This document shows positions 53,362-61,744 of a stretch of DNA of 64,000 bases, piece by piece. Made by a program: the position numbers and the translations under genes. The notes beneath the pieces are model-generated. The model was not told where the DNA came from. It did not search any database and was given only the letters and a program-made list of their open reading frames with translations. The stretch's first letter is position 1, and every line of letters begins with the position of its first letter. The DNA is taken from positions 124,001-188,000 of the IMG/VR virus record IMGVR_UViG_3300049215_000771; one strand, written 5' to 3'.

Positions 53362-53813
53362 TCGAACAATTTGGTCGCAAAGTCTACCTGGATGTCTGAA
53401 GGGACGGCACACTCAGCATCCGGTCGGATGACAACACGAAGGAAAGAGAAGCCGCTCTCCCTGTGTTCACGACGGATACCAGGGAGGAAGCGGAACACCT
53501 GCAAACACTGTTCACTTGCCTGGTGCATTCCGGCGCATTGAAGGGCAAGCATGTTGTTCGGGCCATCAACCAGGCCAAGAATGACCACGAAGCGTACAAC
53601 GAAATGACCCGCCTGGGCCGGCTGATGGCACTGGCCTACGAAACCTACAAAGAACGCAAAGGCGGCGTGCAGTCCCATCGCTGTGAGGAAATGACTTCGG
53701 AGTGGTATTATTCGTTCAAGGACGGCCAGCGCCGCCTATTCAAAGGCGATTACGAAGTGCAGGGCGTCCACAACTTCTGCATGTTCTGTGGGTCGGACCT
53801 ACGAGAGATTTGA
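53358..53813 (+). CDS. hypothetical protein with in-frame TGA at codon 14 (candidate selenoprotein or pseudogene)
   Basis: ATGA-coupled start 53358; MIEQFGRKVYLDV*RDGTLSIRS... is continuous with ORF 53463-53813. Confidence 0.55.
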
Positions 53814-53821
53814 GAAGTTCC

Positions 53822-53848
53822 GAACCTGACAGTTAGTTCACGGGTCTT
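53822..53848 (+). promoter_or_regulatory. class-II promoter (GAACC-N17-GTCTT)
   Basis: Ten-copy motif, 6 nt before ATG 53855. Confidence 0.7.
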
Positions 53849-53854
53849 CTTTCC

Positions 53855-54136
53855 ATGAGCAAGGTAATTCTCAACAACGACGGCAGGCCGGATTCGATCA
53901 TCCCGAATTCGTACTACCCTCGTCTCCAGGTCAACGAGCGTGGTGAGATCGTGCTGGCAACGTACAAGCACGGCGTCCTCACCACTGGCATTCTCGTCGG
54001 CAAGCTGCCCCATTGCCAGTCGCCGTTCGAGATCGGCAAGAAGTTCAGCGATTGGGAAGTCGGCGGCGAGTTGAAAGACTACGACGGCGAAGTGACCATC
54101 ACGCTGACCAACAAGGTGAAGGGAAAATGGTCATGA
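53855..54136 (+). CDS. hypothetical protein
   Basis: ORF directly after promoter. Confidence 0.7.
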   Translation: MSKVILNNDGRPDSIIPNSYYPRLQVNERGEIVLATYKHGVLTTGILVGKLPHCQSPFEIGKKFSDWEVGGELKDYDGEVTITLTNKVKGKWS

Positions 54137-54327
54137 CGCCAGAACAAGTCGCCGACCTGCAATGGCTTGTTGGGATGGCTTTCAGCGCCTATCCCGGCAT
54201 GTACAAGAAGGGCGATGGCAAGCGGTTCGACCGCATCCAGGAACTCTTCAACGAGTTGAGCAACGGCCAGTACCAACGTGTTCCGTCCCGGTTCGAGCAA
54301 CGCAGGCGTAAGGAAGTCCAGTCGTGA
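54127..54327 (+). CDS. hypothetical protein
   Basis: AAGGG SD. Confidence 0.65.
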   Translation: MVMTPEQVADLQWLVGMAFSAYPGMYKKGDGKRFDRIQELFNELSNGQYQRVPSRFEQRRRKEVQS

Positions 54328-54833
54328 CCAAGAAGAAAAACCCTTCCGAACTCAAGCGACGTGGCGACATCGCTGGCGGCTACTACACCTACGCCGAGGC
54401 GAAGGTCATCGTCCAAGGTCTTGGCATTCGTGGCATCGCCGCCTACCGTGAGTACACTCGCCAGGAGGGGCGTGACGCCAAGTTGCCCACCGACCCCGCT
54501 CGCACCTACAAGGACGAGTTTGAGGGCTGGCCTGCCTTCTGTGGCAAAACGGCCCACGCCGGCCTGTCTGTTGACAAGTACGCCACGTTCATTGAGGCGA
54601 GCGAGGCGGCGCAGCGGCTCGGTATTACCGACAAGGCCGACTACGAAGCACGGCATCACCTGGACCCGAAGCTGCCGGCTGTTCCTTCACGCATCTACCC
54701 GGACTGGCCCGCCGACAAGCCCTGGTTCAAGTTCCTGGGCAAGTTGGTTCAGTACACCACGCTGGCCCAGGCGTCGGAATGGAGATCGACGCAGCCGGCC
54801 AGGTCATCGAATATGTCGATAACAAGCCGGTGA
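54324..54833 (+). CDS. integrase-repeat-unit-like repeat protein, third repeat truncated
   Basis: Two copies of Y.T..EA....Q.LGI.....Y.......D.KLP..P.R.Y..W....F.G; the third breaks after TTLAQASE. Confidence 0.6.
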   Translation: MTKKKNPSELKRRGDIAGGYYTYAEAKVIVQGLGIRGIAAYREYTRQEGRDAKLPTDPARTYKDEFEGWPAFCGKTAHAGLSVDKYATFIEASEAAQRLGITDKADYEARHHLDPKLPAVPSRIYPDWPADKPWFKFLGKLVQYTTLAQASEWRSTQPARSSNMSITSR

Positions 54834-54899
54834 TTCACCAGCTTCAGGAGTACGTCATTCCATGCCTCAAATGACCGATGCCTTCATTTGCCATGATTA

Positions 54900-55088
54900 T
54901 TGTGGCTTGATACGCTCGTTTGCCAGGGGTGGATGGGCCAGCGGGATTGGGACAAGGCCCAGCTTGAATACTTCAGGAAATACCCCGGCCTCGTTGTCTA
55001 CAAATGCCCCACTGGTCCCTACCGTCGCACCGAGGAAACCTTCGGCACGACGGAGGAAATTTGCCAACGCCTGGAAGCGAGGTTGTGA
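54900..55088 (+). CDS. hypothetical protein (start unclear, possible frameshift from ATG 54871)
   Basis: Plausible C-terminal portion; no SD at TTG. Confidence 0.4.
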   Translation: MWLDTLVCQGWMGQRDWDKAQLEYFRKYPGLVVYKCPTGPYRRTEETFGTTEEICQRLEARL

Positions 55089-55288
55089 TGTTCAACTGGT
55101 TCTGGAAGCTGTTCAGGAAGAAGCCCAAGACATTGGTTTTGCTTTGCATCAGACAGTGTGATACTTTCTGGTGGCCCCCGCACCTTGACGAGAAGGTGTC
55201 GGGGTACTGCGATGAGTGTGGGGGAGCAATCTTCTACGAGAAGAAGAACGCTTTCTTCCCTCGCAAGATATGCAATAGGTGTGGTTGA
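55088..55288 (+). CDS. zinc-ribbon protein
   Basis: CDEC...CNRC; TGATG coupling. Confidence 0.6.
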   Translation: MFNWFWKLFRKKPKTLVLLCIRQCDTFWWPPHLDEKVSGYCDECGGAIFYEKKNAFFPRKICNRCG

Positions 55289-55650
55289 TGATTCACGAAG
55301 AAAAAAAGATCACGATCTCGATGTCCCCTGAAGTGTATCGTGACCTTCGGAACATTGCCATCATTCGCTACATGACCGGGGCGATGGCGAATAGCGTTGG
55401 CGATGAGTTTCTGGTCAAATTGCTTCGTGTTATGGACAAGGGCGAGCAGGAATTCGTTTTTCGCTACAAAGACCCCAATTACGACGCATCCCTTCCTGAT
55501 GGGAAGGGCATCTCGATGAAGAAGGACAACACCGATGGGCAAACCCAAGGTGATCCAGTCAAGGTGGAAATTGAAGAAGTCTCCCGACCCGAAACCGATT
55601 GTTGCCCGCTTCCTGGACGATCTGGTGAAGCGAGCGGCGCAGTCGCCTGA
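55288..55650 (+). CDS. hypothetical protein
   Basis: TGATG coupling; tail overlaps the next ORF. Confidence 0.6.
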   Translation: MIHEEKKITISMSPEVYRDLRNIAIIRYMTGAMANSVGDEFLVKLLRVMDKGEQEFVFRYKDPNYDASLPDGKGISMKKDNTDGQTQGDPVKVEIEEVSRPETDCCPLPGRSGEASGAVA

Positions 55651-55813
55651 AGATGTTCCCAACGTCTACCGTGACGTGTGCCTGGCGCTGCTTGAGTCGC
55701 TGGGACCGGGAGGCATGAAGAAGGCGATTTGTGATTTGGCTCAGTTGTATAAGCAGGACGTGCCAGAAATCAAACTGCCCGGCTGGGAGAAGGACGACGA
55801 GATTCCGTTCTAG
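55535..55813 (+). CDS. small protein ending in an SSB-Ct-like DDEIPF
   Basis: AAGG SD; C-terminus WEKDDEIPF. Confidence 0.65.
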   Translation: MGKPKVIQSRWKLKKSPDPKPIVARFLDDLVKRAAQSPEDVPNVYRDVCLALLESLGPGGMKKAICDLAQLYKQDVPEIKLPGWEKDDEIPF

Positions 55814-55842
55814 TTTACAAATCGCCCCACCTGTGGTATTAT
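55814..55842 (+). promoter_or_regulatory. sigma70-type promoter
   Basis: TTTACA-N17-TATTAT with extended TG. Confidence 0.8.
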
Positions 55843-55861
55843 CCGAGCAACGGAGACGAAC

Positions 55862-56251
55862 ATGGTTATGCCTGAGTTTCTGGAAGAAGCCTTGTTGAAG
55901 ACCCTGGCCGACCGGATGAAGGTTCAGGCCCACGAACACCCTTGCGACCCTCGACAGGTTGCTGCGGCAATGATGGAAGGAAAAATTCTTCCCTTCCCCG
56001 ACAACCTGAAGGGATTCATCGTCCTGGATGACGTGAAACATCAACTTCAGTTCAGCCATGATAGGCTTTCGGAAGGCAAGACGCTGATTCATCTTTCGTG
56101 TGCCAGGGAAGATCAGGCAGCAGTGACCGATAGCGTGAAGAACAAGCTAATTGCTGCGTTTTTTGGTGGCGAAGAAACTTTCGAGTTCCCTGGCAACGAA
56201 ATGATCGCCAGGCAATACGTCACACATATTGCTGCACTTAGGGTGGAGTAG
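55862..56251 (+). CDS. hypothetical protein
   Basis: GGAG SD. Confidence 0.7.
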   Translation: MVMPEFLEEALLKTLADRMKVQAHEHPCDPRQVAAAMMEGKILPFPDNLKGFIVLDDVKHQLQFSHDRLSEGKTLIHLSCAREDQAAVTDSVKNKLIAAFFGGEETFEFPGNEMIARQYVTHIAALRVE

Positions 56252-56253
56252 TC

Positions 56254-56889
56254 GTGAACAAGCAACTGTTTGGCGGCAATCCGAAGTCAACTCATGAACT
56301 CTCCCAGGAATACCACACCTGGGTTGAGGAAACCGCAAAGAAAATCGTCCGTTCCTACGGAGAGGACACTGCCTGGGAGAAAATACCGGACCTGGAAAAA
56401 AAAGCCCAGCAGGAAGCTGAGTGGAGTAGCTGGGTCGTTTCGGCCTCCCGGCGCAACTTCGCCTGGCATTGTGCTTGCCACGCCGTCAATCCAAACCACA
56501 CAATGGGCGGCATTCGTCCGACCGCAACCACGGCGACCATTGCCATTGCCAAGCATGTTGTTCAGCGTGCCCATGAGTTGTACGAGAAGGTGAAGTGTTC
56601 ATTGTTCCGTCTTCGCTTCAAGCTGAATCAGCGTTTCCTGACCATCAGTGATGTTGATCCCAGGAGCGACGATGAAACGACGACATACCAGGCAACTGAC
56701 CGCCGCCAGGCCATGACCACCGTAAGCGATTTCTACCAGTCGTATCTCAAAATGCAGATCGACCCGCCCGTAATCGAACTGGTGGGCTACGACGACCAGC
56801 ATCGCATCCTGGAGGAAGCGGCGATTAGCTGCTCCATTTGCAACATTCAACTGCCAAAGGTTGGCATCAAGTCCGAGTATCAACAATGA
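56254..56889 (+). CDS. hypothetical protein
   Basis: GTG with GGAG SD. Confidence 0.7.
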   Translation: MNKQLFGGNPKSTHELSQEYHTWVEETAKKIVRSYGEDTAWEKIPDLEKKAQQEAEWSSWVVSASRRNFAWHCACHAVNPNHTMGGIRPTATTATIAIAKHVVQRAHELYEKVKCSLFRLRFKLNQRFLTISDVDPRSDDETTTYQATDRRQAMTTVSDFYQSYLKMQIDPPVIELVGYDDQHRILEEAAISCSICNIQLPKVGIKSEYQQ

Positions 56890-57476
56890 ACACTTACCAA
56901 CAAAGTGTGTGGGATAATTATCGGAAGAAGCGAACCCTCCGTACCAGGTTGAGGCATTTTGCTTTCCAAACCATTGTCCTGGCAATCGCTGCCGGGCTTT
57001 ATTTCAACGTGTTGTTTGACTTCGCCTGGTGGTTGACGGTGCTTTACAACATCTGGAACTGGTTCGGTTTGTTTTGTGTCACCGGATTCTGGATTGCCAT
57101 AGTCGTCATCAAGGACGAATATCTGAAAACTCAACAGATTTCGCCCAAGCAGCAAAGCGCAATGGATACCGGCCTGGAGGCCGCTATCTCGGCTTATTCC
57201 AACAAATTCTTCATGGTCTACGACATCGCCACTGACTGGTGTTTGTTCGGCGCTTTGTACCATGCCGGATATACGACGTTCGCAACATTCCAAGGCATAT
57301 GCCTCCTTGGGCAATACGGCGTGATGTATGGCATGAAGCAGACGGCGAGGGAATATATTTCCAGCCTGAAACCAGTTGCAGGCCAGCCCGTTCCTGGCAG
57401 TAACGGTGATGACGACGGCGAAGAACAACAACCACAGGGAAAGAAACCAAAATACAGGTCGATTGACGACCAGTGA
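56886..57476 (+). CDS. membrane protein ending KKPKYRSIDDQ
   Basis: 3-4 TM helices; YRSID tag. Confidence 0.75.
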   Translation: MNTYQQSVWDNYRKKRTLRTRLRHFAFQTIVLAIAAGLYFNVLFDFAWWLTVLYNIWNWFGLFCVTGFWIAIVVIKDEYLKTQQISPKQQSAMDTGLEAAISAYSNKFFMVYDIATDWCLFGALYHAGYTTFATFQGICLLGQYGVMYGMKQTAREYISSLKPVAGQPVPGSNGDDDGEEQQPQGKKPKYRSIDDQ

Positions 57477-57483
57477 GGAACGA

Positions 57484-58368
57484 ATGCCGCACATGAACCC
57501 CGAATGGACCCGTTGGGCCAAGAATACGATCCGGTTGATCCGGGATGGCGGATTCATGGTATATCCGCTGGACGGCAAGGGCGTGGCCTACAAGGTGGAC
57601 AAGACCAACCACAAGCTGATTACCCTGGCCGAGCATCCCGAATACAACGACAGCGACACTGCCCGCACCAACGTCGCTGTGTTCGAGGCCATCGGCTATG
57701 AAGTGGTGAGAGACGAGCCGGTTTCTTACGACCTGGCCGAAGTTTGTCGGCGCATCCATGCTGAATCCGAAACTTCGCTCATCACTGGCGATGTCATCAT
57801 TGGCCTGAGCAAGTTGTTCAAGGTTGAGAAAACCGTGGTGGAAGACATGATCCACAAAGCCACAACGGGCAACAAGGAACCCATCAACCCCATCACCATT
57901 CGTGGGACTAATGGCGTCGGCGACCAGCCCAGGGCGCTCGCCATTGGCCGCATTTGGCTCTCCAGCACGGATGTCGGCGAGGGCCAGCACAAGTTCGACC
58001 CGCAGAAGCCAGGCCATGAGATGGACAAAACGATGCAATTCATCTCGTTCGACGAGCCGAACGTCCACGTTCATTGCTTCATGGTGGGCGACGAGAACGA
58101 TTTCATCAAGGGCATCAGGGAATTACGCCAGGAAGGGCAGCGTGCCTTCAAGATGACTGGCACGCCGAAGCGTGGTGATGCCGAGCAGCGTGACCTGATC
58201 TTCAGCAAGGCCAAGCGGGGCGATGATTGGGTGCTGATCGTCAATTTCTACAACAAAACCGTGGACGGCCCGGTGGCTTCGACTGTCATGTTGGACTACG
58301 CCAAGTTCAACAAGGGGCTGGACCATTTGTTCACCAGGGGCGAGTTGGTCTTCCCGGAGAATAACTGA
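57484..58368 (+). CDS. hypothetical protein (294 aa)
   Basis: GAGGA SD. Confidence 0.8.
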   Translation: MPHMNPEWTRWAKNTIRLIRDGGFMVYPLDGKGVAYKVDKTNHKLITLAEHPEYNDSDTARTNVAVFEAIGYEVVRDEPVSYDLAEVCRRIHAESETSLITGDVIIGLSKLFKVEKTVVEDMIHKATTGNKEPINPITIRGTNGVGDQPRALAIGRIWLSSTDVGEGQHKFDPQKPGHEMDKTMQFISFDEPNVHVHCFMVGDENDFIKGIRELRQEGQRAFKMTGTPKRGDAEQRDLIFSKAKRGDDWVLIVNFYNKTVDGPVASTVMLDYAKFNKGLDHLFTRGELVFPENN

Positions 58369-58538
58369 TGGATCAGATTAGCAGCATCGAGAACAACCTG
58401 GAATTACTCCGTGGGTGCATCAGCCGGATGGATACCAGTGAAGACCTACGGGGTCCGTCTCAAGAATACGAGCAGGCCAATGCCCTTTGTGACAGGATTC
58501 AGGAGTCATTGGACCAACTCAAGGCAATGAAACAATGA
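58368..58538 (+). CDS. small coiled-coil protein (56 aa)
   Basis: Read by hand; TGATG and ATGA coupling at both ends. Confidence 0.6.
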   Translation: MDQISSIENNLELLRGCISRMDTSEDLRGPSQEYEQANALCDRIQESLDQLKAMKQ

Positions 58539-58987
58539 AATATCAGGTGAAGGATATTGTACGAACGGTCCTCGAATATGGGGACCGTTTGTTTGCTATT
58601 GTTCGCCTTGATGTTGGTAGGTATTACGCCGTCGCTCTCACCAACAAGAAGCGCTATTGGTTGGAAGAATCCCAAATCAAATGCAAGGAAGGGACAATCC
58701 CGGACAATAGCCCTTTGTTGCTCCTTGATGACGCATACGATCACGCCGATGGAGCGTATTTTGCTCAACAGAAGGCGCTGTTCACTGCCAATGATACGGC
58801 AAAACGATGGAGCATATTGGCCGCTTTGAAGCCTGGCGATAAGGTGGATGTTGTGGTCAACAAATTCATTCATTCTGCCGAATTCATGCAGATAAACACC
58901 AGGAAACCTGTTAAGGTGTTTCGAGCGAGAGTCTTGGGGCGGGCGCTTGACTTGCCCCTGGAAGCGGTCTACCTTGGGGAAAAGTAG
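58535..58987 (+). CDS. hypothetical protein
   Basis: ATGA coupling. Confidence 0.7.
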   Translation: MKYQVKDIVRTVLEYGDRLFAIVRLDVGRYYAVALTNKKRYWLEESQIKCKEGTIPDNSPLLLLDDAYDHADGAYFAQQKALFTANDTAKRWSILAALKPGDKVDVVVNKFIHSAEFMQINTRKPVKVFRARVLGRALDLPLEAVYLGEK

Positions 58988-58994
58988 ACCTGGG

Positions 58995-59023
58995 TTTACA
59001 ACCAGAGCAAATCGGGGTATCAT
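58995..59023 (+). promoter_or_regulatory. sigma70-type promoter
   Basis: TTTACA-N17-TATCAT. Confidence 0.75.
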
Positions 59024-59051
59024 AAAGGCCGATGACGAAAGGGGAATCCTC

Positions 59052-59459
59052 ATGCCTATCGAATTTGAAGATGGCGGCGTGATTGACGCCAGTGATTGGC
59101 TTCAAATCAAGCGCCTGCTGGCCGAAAAAAGCCGTCAAGCCGCCGCCACTGGCGAAGAAATGCCCAAGATCAAAGAAATTCGCTCCAGTGATGGAGTGAC
59201 GATCAAGCTGGGCAACCTCGAACTTCGCAAGAAGGCAAAGATGCCTTTGGCGCAGCCCGATTATATCGAGGGCAGCTACAAGGGCTGGAGCATTCGGGTG
59301 TGGCGGCAGCGCCGGGAGGAAATCTACGGCTGCAACTACTTCCGCCCTGGCAGCGAGGATATTCGATATTTCGAGGTTCGCTGCATCGACGTGGCCGATG
59401 AGAACGCTGTGTTCAAAACGGCCAAGGCTTACATTGACGAGGCTATCTCCAATGAGTAG
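59052..59459 (+). CDS. hypothetical protein
   Basis: GGGG SD. Confidence 0.7.
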   Translation: MPIEFEDGGVIDASDWLQIKRLLAEKSRQAAATGEEMPKIKEIRSSDGVTIKLGNLELRKKAKMPLAQPDYIEGSYKGWSIRVWRQRREEIYGCNYFRPGSEDIRYFEVRCIDVADENAVFKTAKAYIDEAISNE

Positions 59460-59772
59460 CACTGTCTATCATGACAAAAAGCCACAATTCGGCTTCGCTG
59501 CTGAAGACCGTGTGTGGCCTGATGATTTCGACGTGGTTGCTACTGTTGAGAGTGAAGACCCCGACATCGTGTACGAAGCAACCAACACCATTGACCACCC
59601 CTGGTGGGACAATGAGATCGTCAGGTGTCTTGTGCCCGGAGGCACCCGTTCTACGTCGGTCGGCGACGTTGTGGTAAATTCCAACGATGAAGTTTTCATC
59701 GTCCGACCCGTTGGGTGGAAACAGATCGGAAAGGCCGACAGCAAGATCGTCATCCACCCCAACATGGAGTAG
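59452..59772 (+). CDS. hypothetical phage protein
   Basis: RSTSVGDVV motif; GAGG SD. Confidence 0.7.
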   Translation: MSSTVYHDKKPQFGFAAEDRVWPDDFDVVATVESEDPDIVYEATNTIDHPWWDNEIVRCLVPGGTRSTSVGDVVVNSNDEVFIVRPVGWKQIGKADSKIVIHPNME

Positions 59773-59774
59773 GA

Positions 59775-60314
59775 ATGGCCGCTGAAAACAAACGACCGAA
59801 GTGGCACAAGCGCTTCTCTGAATTGGTGGAGTCGTGCTGGCAACATCACGGCCCGTGTGCCCATTTGACCTTCAAATGGGCCTGGGAGCCTGACAACAAC
59901 ACCTGGATGATCCTCGTTGCCCCGGTCTTCCAGGAAGTGCTGGGTGGCGAGGATGACGGCAAGCAAGTGTGGACCGGCTTCGTGTTCCACTCCGACAGGT
60001 TCGTTGCCGAAGAAGATGTCTTCGTGCAACATTTCGCAGCCAGCAGCGTTTGCAACGAATGTTCTCCCGTCCCCAGGATGATGTTCGTGGGCAAATACAG
60101 GGGTAAGAAATTCTACCTTCAGGTTTATCTGGAGCCGATCCCGGAAAGCCCGGTGGTGGAAATCATCGACACTCTCAACGCCAAGATCATTGATAAGGAG
60201 CAAGACGATGACGATGTTGGAACAAGTGAGAAGCCGCCTCAAGGAAGCGATGAAGAACCGCAGCCCGGAGAAAGACATTCTCCGGGTCTTCCTGGCGAAA
60301 CTCCAACAGATTGA
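59775..60314 (+). CDS. hypothetical protein
   Basis: GGAG SD; tail overlaps the next gene. Confidence 0.7.
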   Translation: MAAENKRPKWHKRFSELVESCWQHHGPCAHLTFKWAWEPDNNTWMILVAPVFQEVLGGEDDGKQVWTGFVFHSDRFVAEEDVFVQHFAASSVCNECSPVPRMMFVGKYRGKKFYLQVYLEPIPESPVVEIIDTLNAKIIDKEQDDDDVGTSEKPPQGSDEEPQPGERHSPGLPGETPTD

Positions 60315-60852
60315 AGCTGACGAGGGCACGGCCAAAGTCAACGACGACCGCTGTGCCTCCGTCGCCAAAAGTGTCATCAAGGGCAACAACGACGCCATCG
60401 CTGTTGTCAACAAGCAATTCGCCCTGGTGCAAGTCCGTCGCTGGGACGACAGCTTTGAAATGACCATCGACGGCAGCCAAACCCTCAACCGTGAGGCGGC
60501 GCTGAAAGAATTGGCGGCTGAGGAGATCACTCCGCTCGGCAAGAAGCTGATCGAGATTACGCTGAGGGAACACCCGCTGCCAAACGACCTGGCCGTGACG
60601 GAAGCCAAGCTGAAAGCCGAGAACGCCATCATGGAGTCGTTCCTGCCGACGTATCTCACGCCGGAACAGGTGACGGTGGCGCTGTCCGAGAACGCCGAGA
60701 CGCTGGAGAAGATCAAGAAGGCGAACAACGACGGGGCGGCAACGGGCGTGGCGATGAAATACCTGAAGGGACAAAACCTTCAGGTTGAAGGAAACATCGT
60801 CAAGGATGTTGTCAAAGCGATCTGGACCGAGGCCCGTACTGGAGGCCAATAA
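60208..60852 (+). CDS. GatB/YqeY-domain protein with internal insertion
   Basis: LKEAMKNR...ILRVFLAKLQ...ENAIMESFLPTYLTPEQV...GVAMKYLKG...G..VKDVVK. Confidence 0.75.
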   Translation: MTMLEQVRSRLKEAMKNRSPEKDILRVFLAKLQQIEADEGTAKVNDDRCASVAKSVIKGNNDAIAVVNKQFALVQVRRWDDSFEMTIDGSQTLNREAALKELAAEEITPLGKKLIEITLREHPLPNDLAVTEAKLKAENAIMESFLPTYLTPEQVTVALSENAETLEKIKKANNDGAATGVAMKYLKGQNLQVEGNIVKDVVKAIWTEARTGGQ

Positions 60853-61518
60853 ATGGGAGAGATTGACCCCAGGGTATCGAACTACAACGACTACGACCAT
60901 CTTCAGGCCGCTGCCGAAGACAAAAACAAGGTGTTCTTTGTCGTTCAGACTGAACGGCTCGGCAGTCGCCTGTTCTGTGTCAAGCTGGAGTACACCTACT
61001 ACCGGCCCCGTAGTGGCAGGAACAAGCTGTTCGACTTCCATATGATCCAATGGCCTTACATCGACGGCAAACCCGTCATGATGTGGTTTGCCGTTGGCAT
61101 CCCGAAGGAAGAAATGGAGTACGCCGAAACGGTCTGCAAGGAAGTCGGCCTGGAAATGGTGAACGATCCCCAGGTCATGTGGACGCCTGGACAAGATGTT
61201 GAAGTCTTCCCGATGAAGGGAGATAATGTCTTCTTCCTGAAGAACAACCCCAACAGTGTCCAGTACACTCATGATGTTGAGGAAATTGAAACCAAACCAA
61301 ACATCATCGCCCAGCGCCGTGAGGCCGAGTTGAAGCAATGTGACGAGATCATCAAGGACGATGAGCGGCGCATGAGAGAGGAATTCCGAGCCAAGGGCTA
61401 CCACGACGAACAGATCGACCGCATTCTCGCCCATTGGAACCAGGGCAACGAGTGGTACATGGAAGAACCCCACTGTGAAATCACGGACGGGCAACACAGG
61501 ATGAAGAAGGAAGAATGA
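60853..61518 (+). CDS. hypothetical protein
   Basis: GGAGG SD. Confidence 0.75.
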   Translation: MGEIDPRVSNYNDYDHLQAAAEDKNKVFFVVQTERLGSRLFCVKLEYTYYRPRSGRNKLFDFHMIQWPYIDGKPVMMWFAVGIPKEEMEYAETVCKEVGLEMVNDPQVMWTPGQDVEVFPMKGDNVFFLKNNPNSVQYTHDVEEIETKPNIIAQRREAELKQCDEIIKDDERRMREEFRAKGYHDEQIDRILAHWNQGNEWYMEEPHCEITDGQHRMKKEE

Positions 61519-61733
61519 AAACCATCATCTTCAAAGGCCCGTTCTCCGACCAGGACGTGAAGGAACTCATGCAGGCATTGCGTGTCTGCGAGCAACGTCA
61601 ACCGGAACACAACTTCTCGATGTTGGTGGAGAGCCACGACGAAGAACAAGAAGTGGACCTGAAGCAGAAGTTGCTGGATATGTTTCCGGCGCTGAAAGAT
61701 GTCCCGGTCGAAGTCCGGGTGTTGAAGAAGTAA
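61515..61733 (+). CDS. hypothetical protein
   Basis: ATGA coupling. Confidence 0.7.
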   Translation: MKTIIFKGPFSDQDVKELMQALRVCEQRQPEHNFSMLVESHDEEQEVDLKQKLLDMFPALKDVPVEVRVLKK

Positions 61734-61744
61734 AGGAGAAGAAC

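Noticed and set aside
59587-59607. NTIDHPW as a fifth copy of the YRSID tag
   Set aside because: It lacks Y-R-S and lies inside a domain core; KLRIAIDSP (ORF 6608) and LVDDPW (ORF 488) are also too divergent to count
23071-60314. Overprinted genes at 23396-23490, 55535-55650 and 60208-60314
   Set aside because: The overlaps are low-complexity run-on tails of the upstream ORFs; no evidence for dual function
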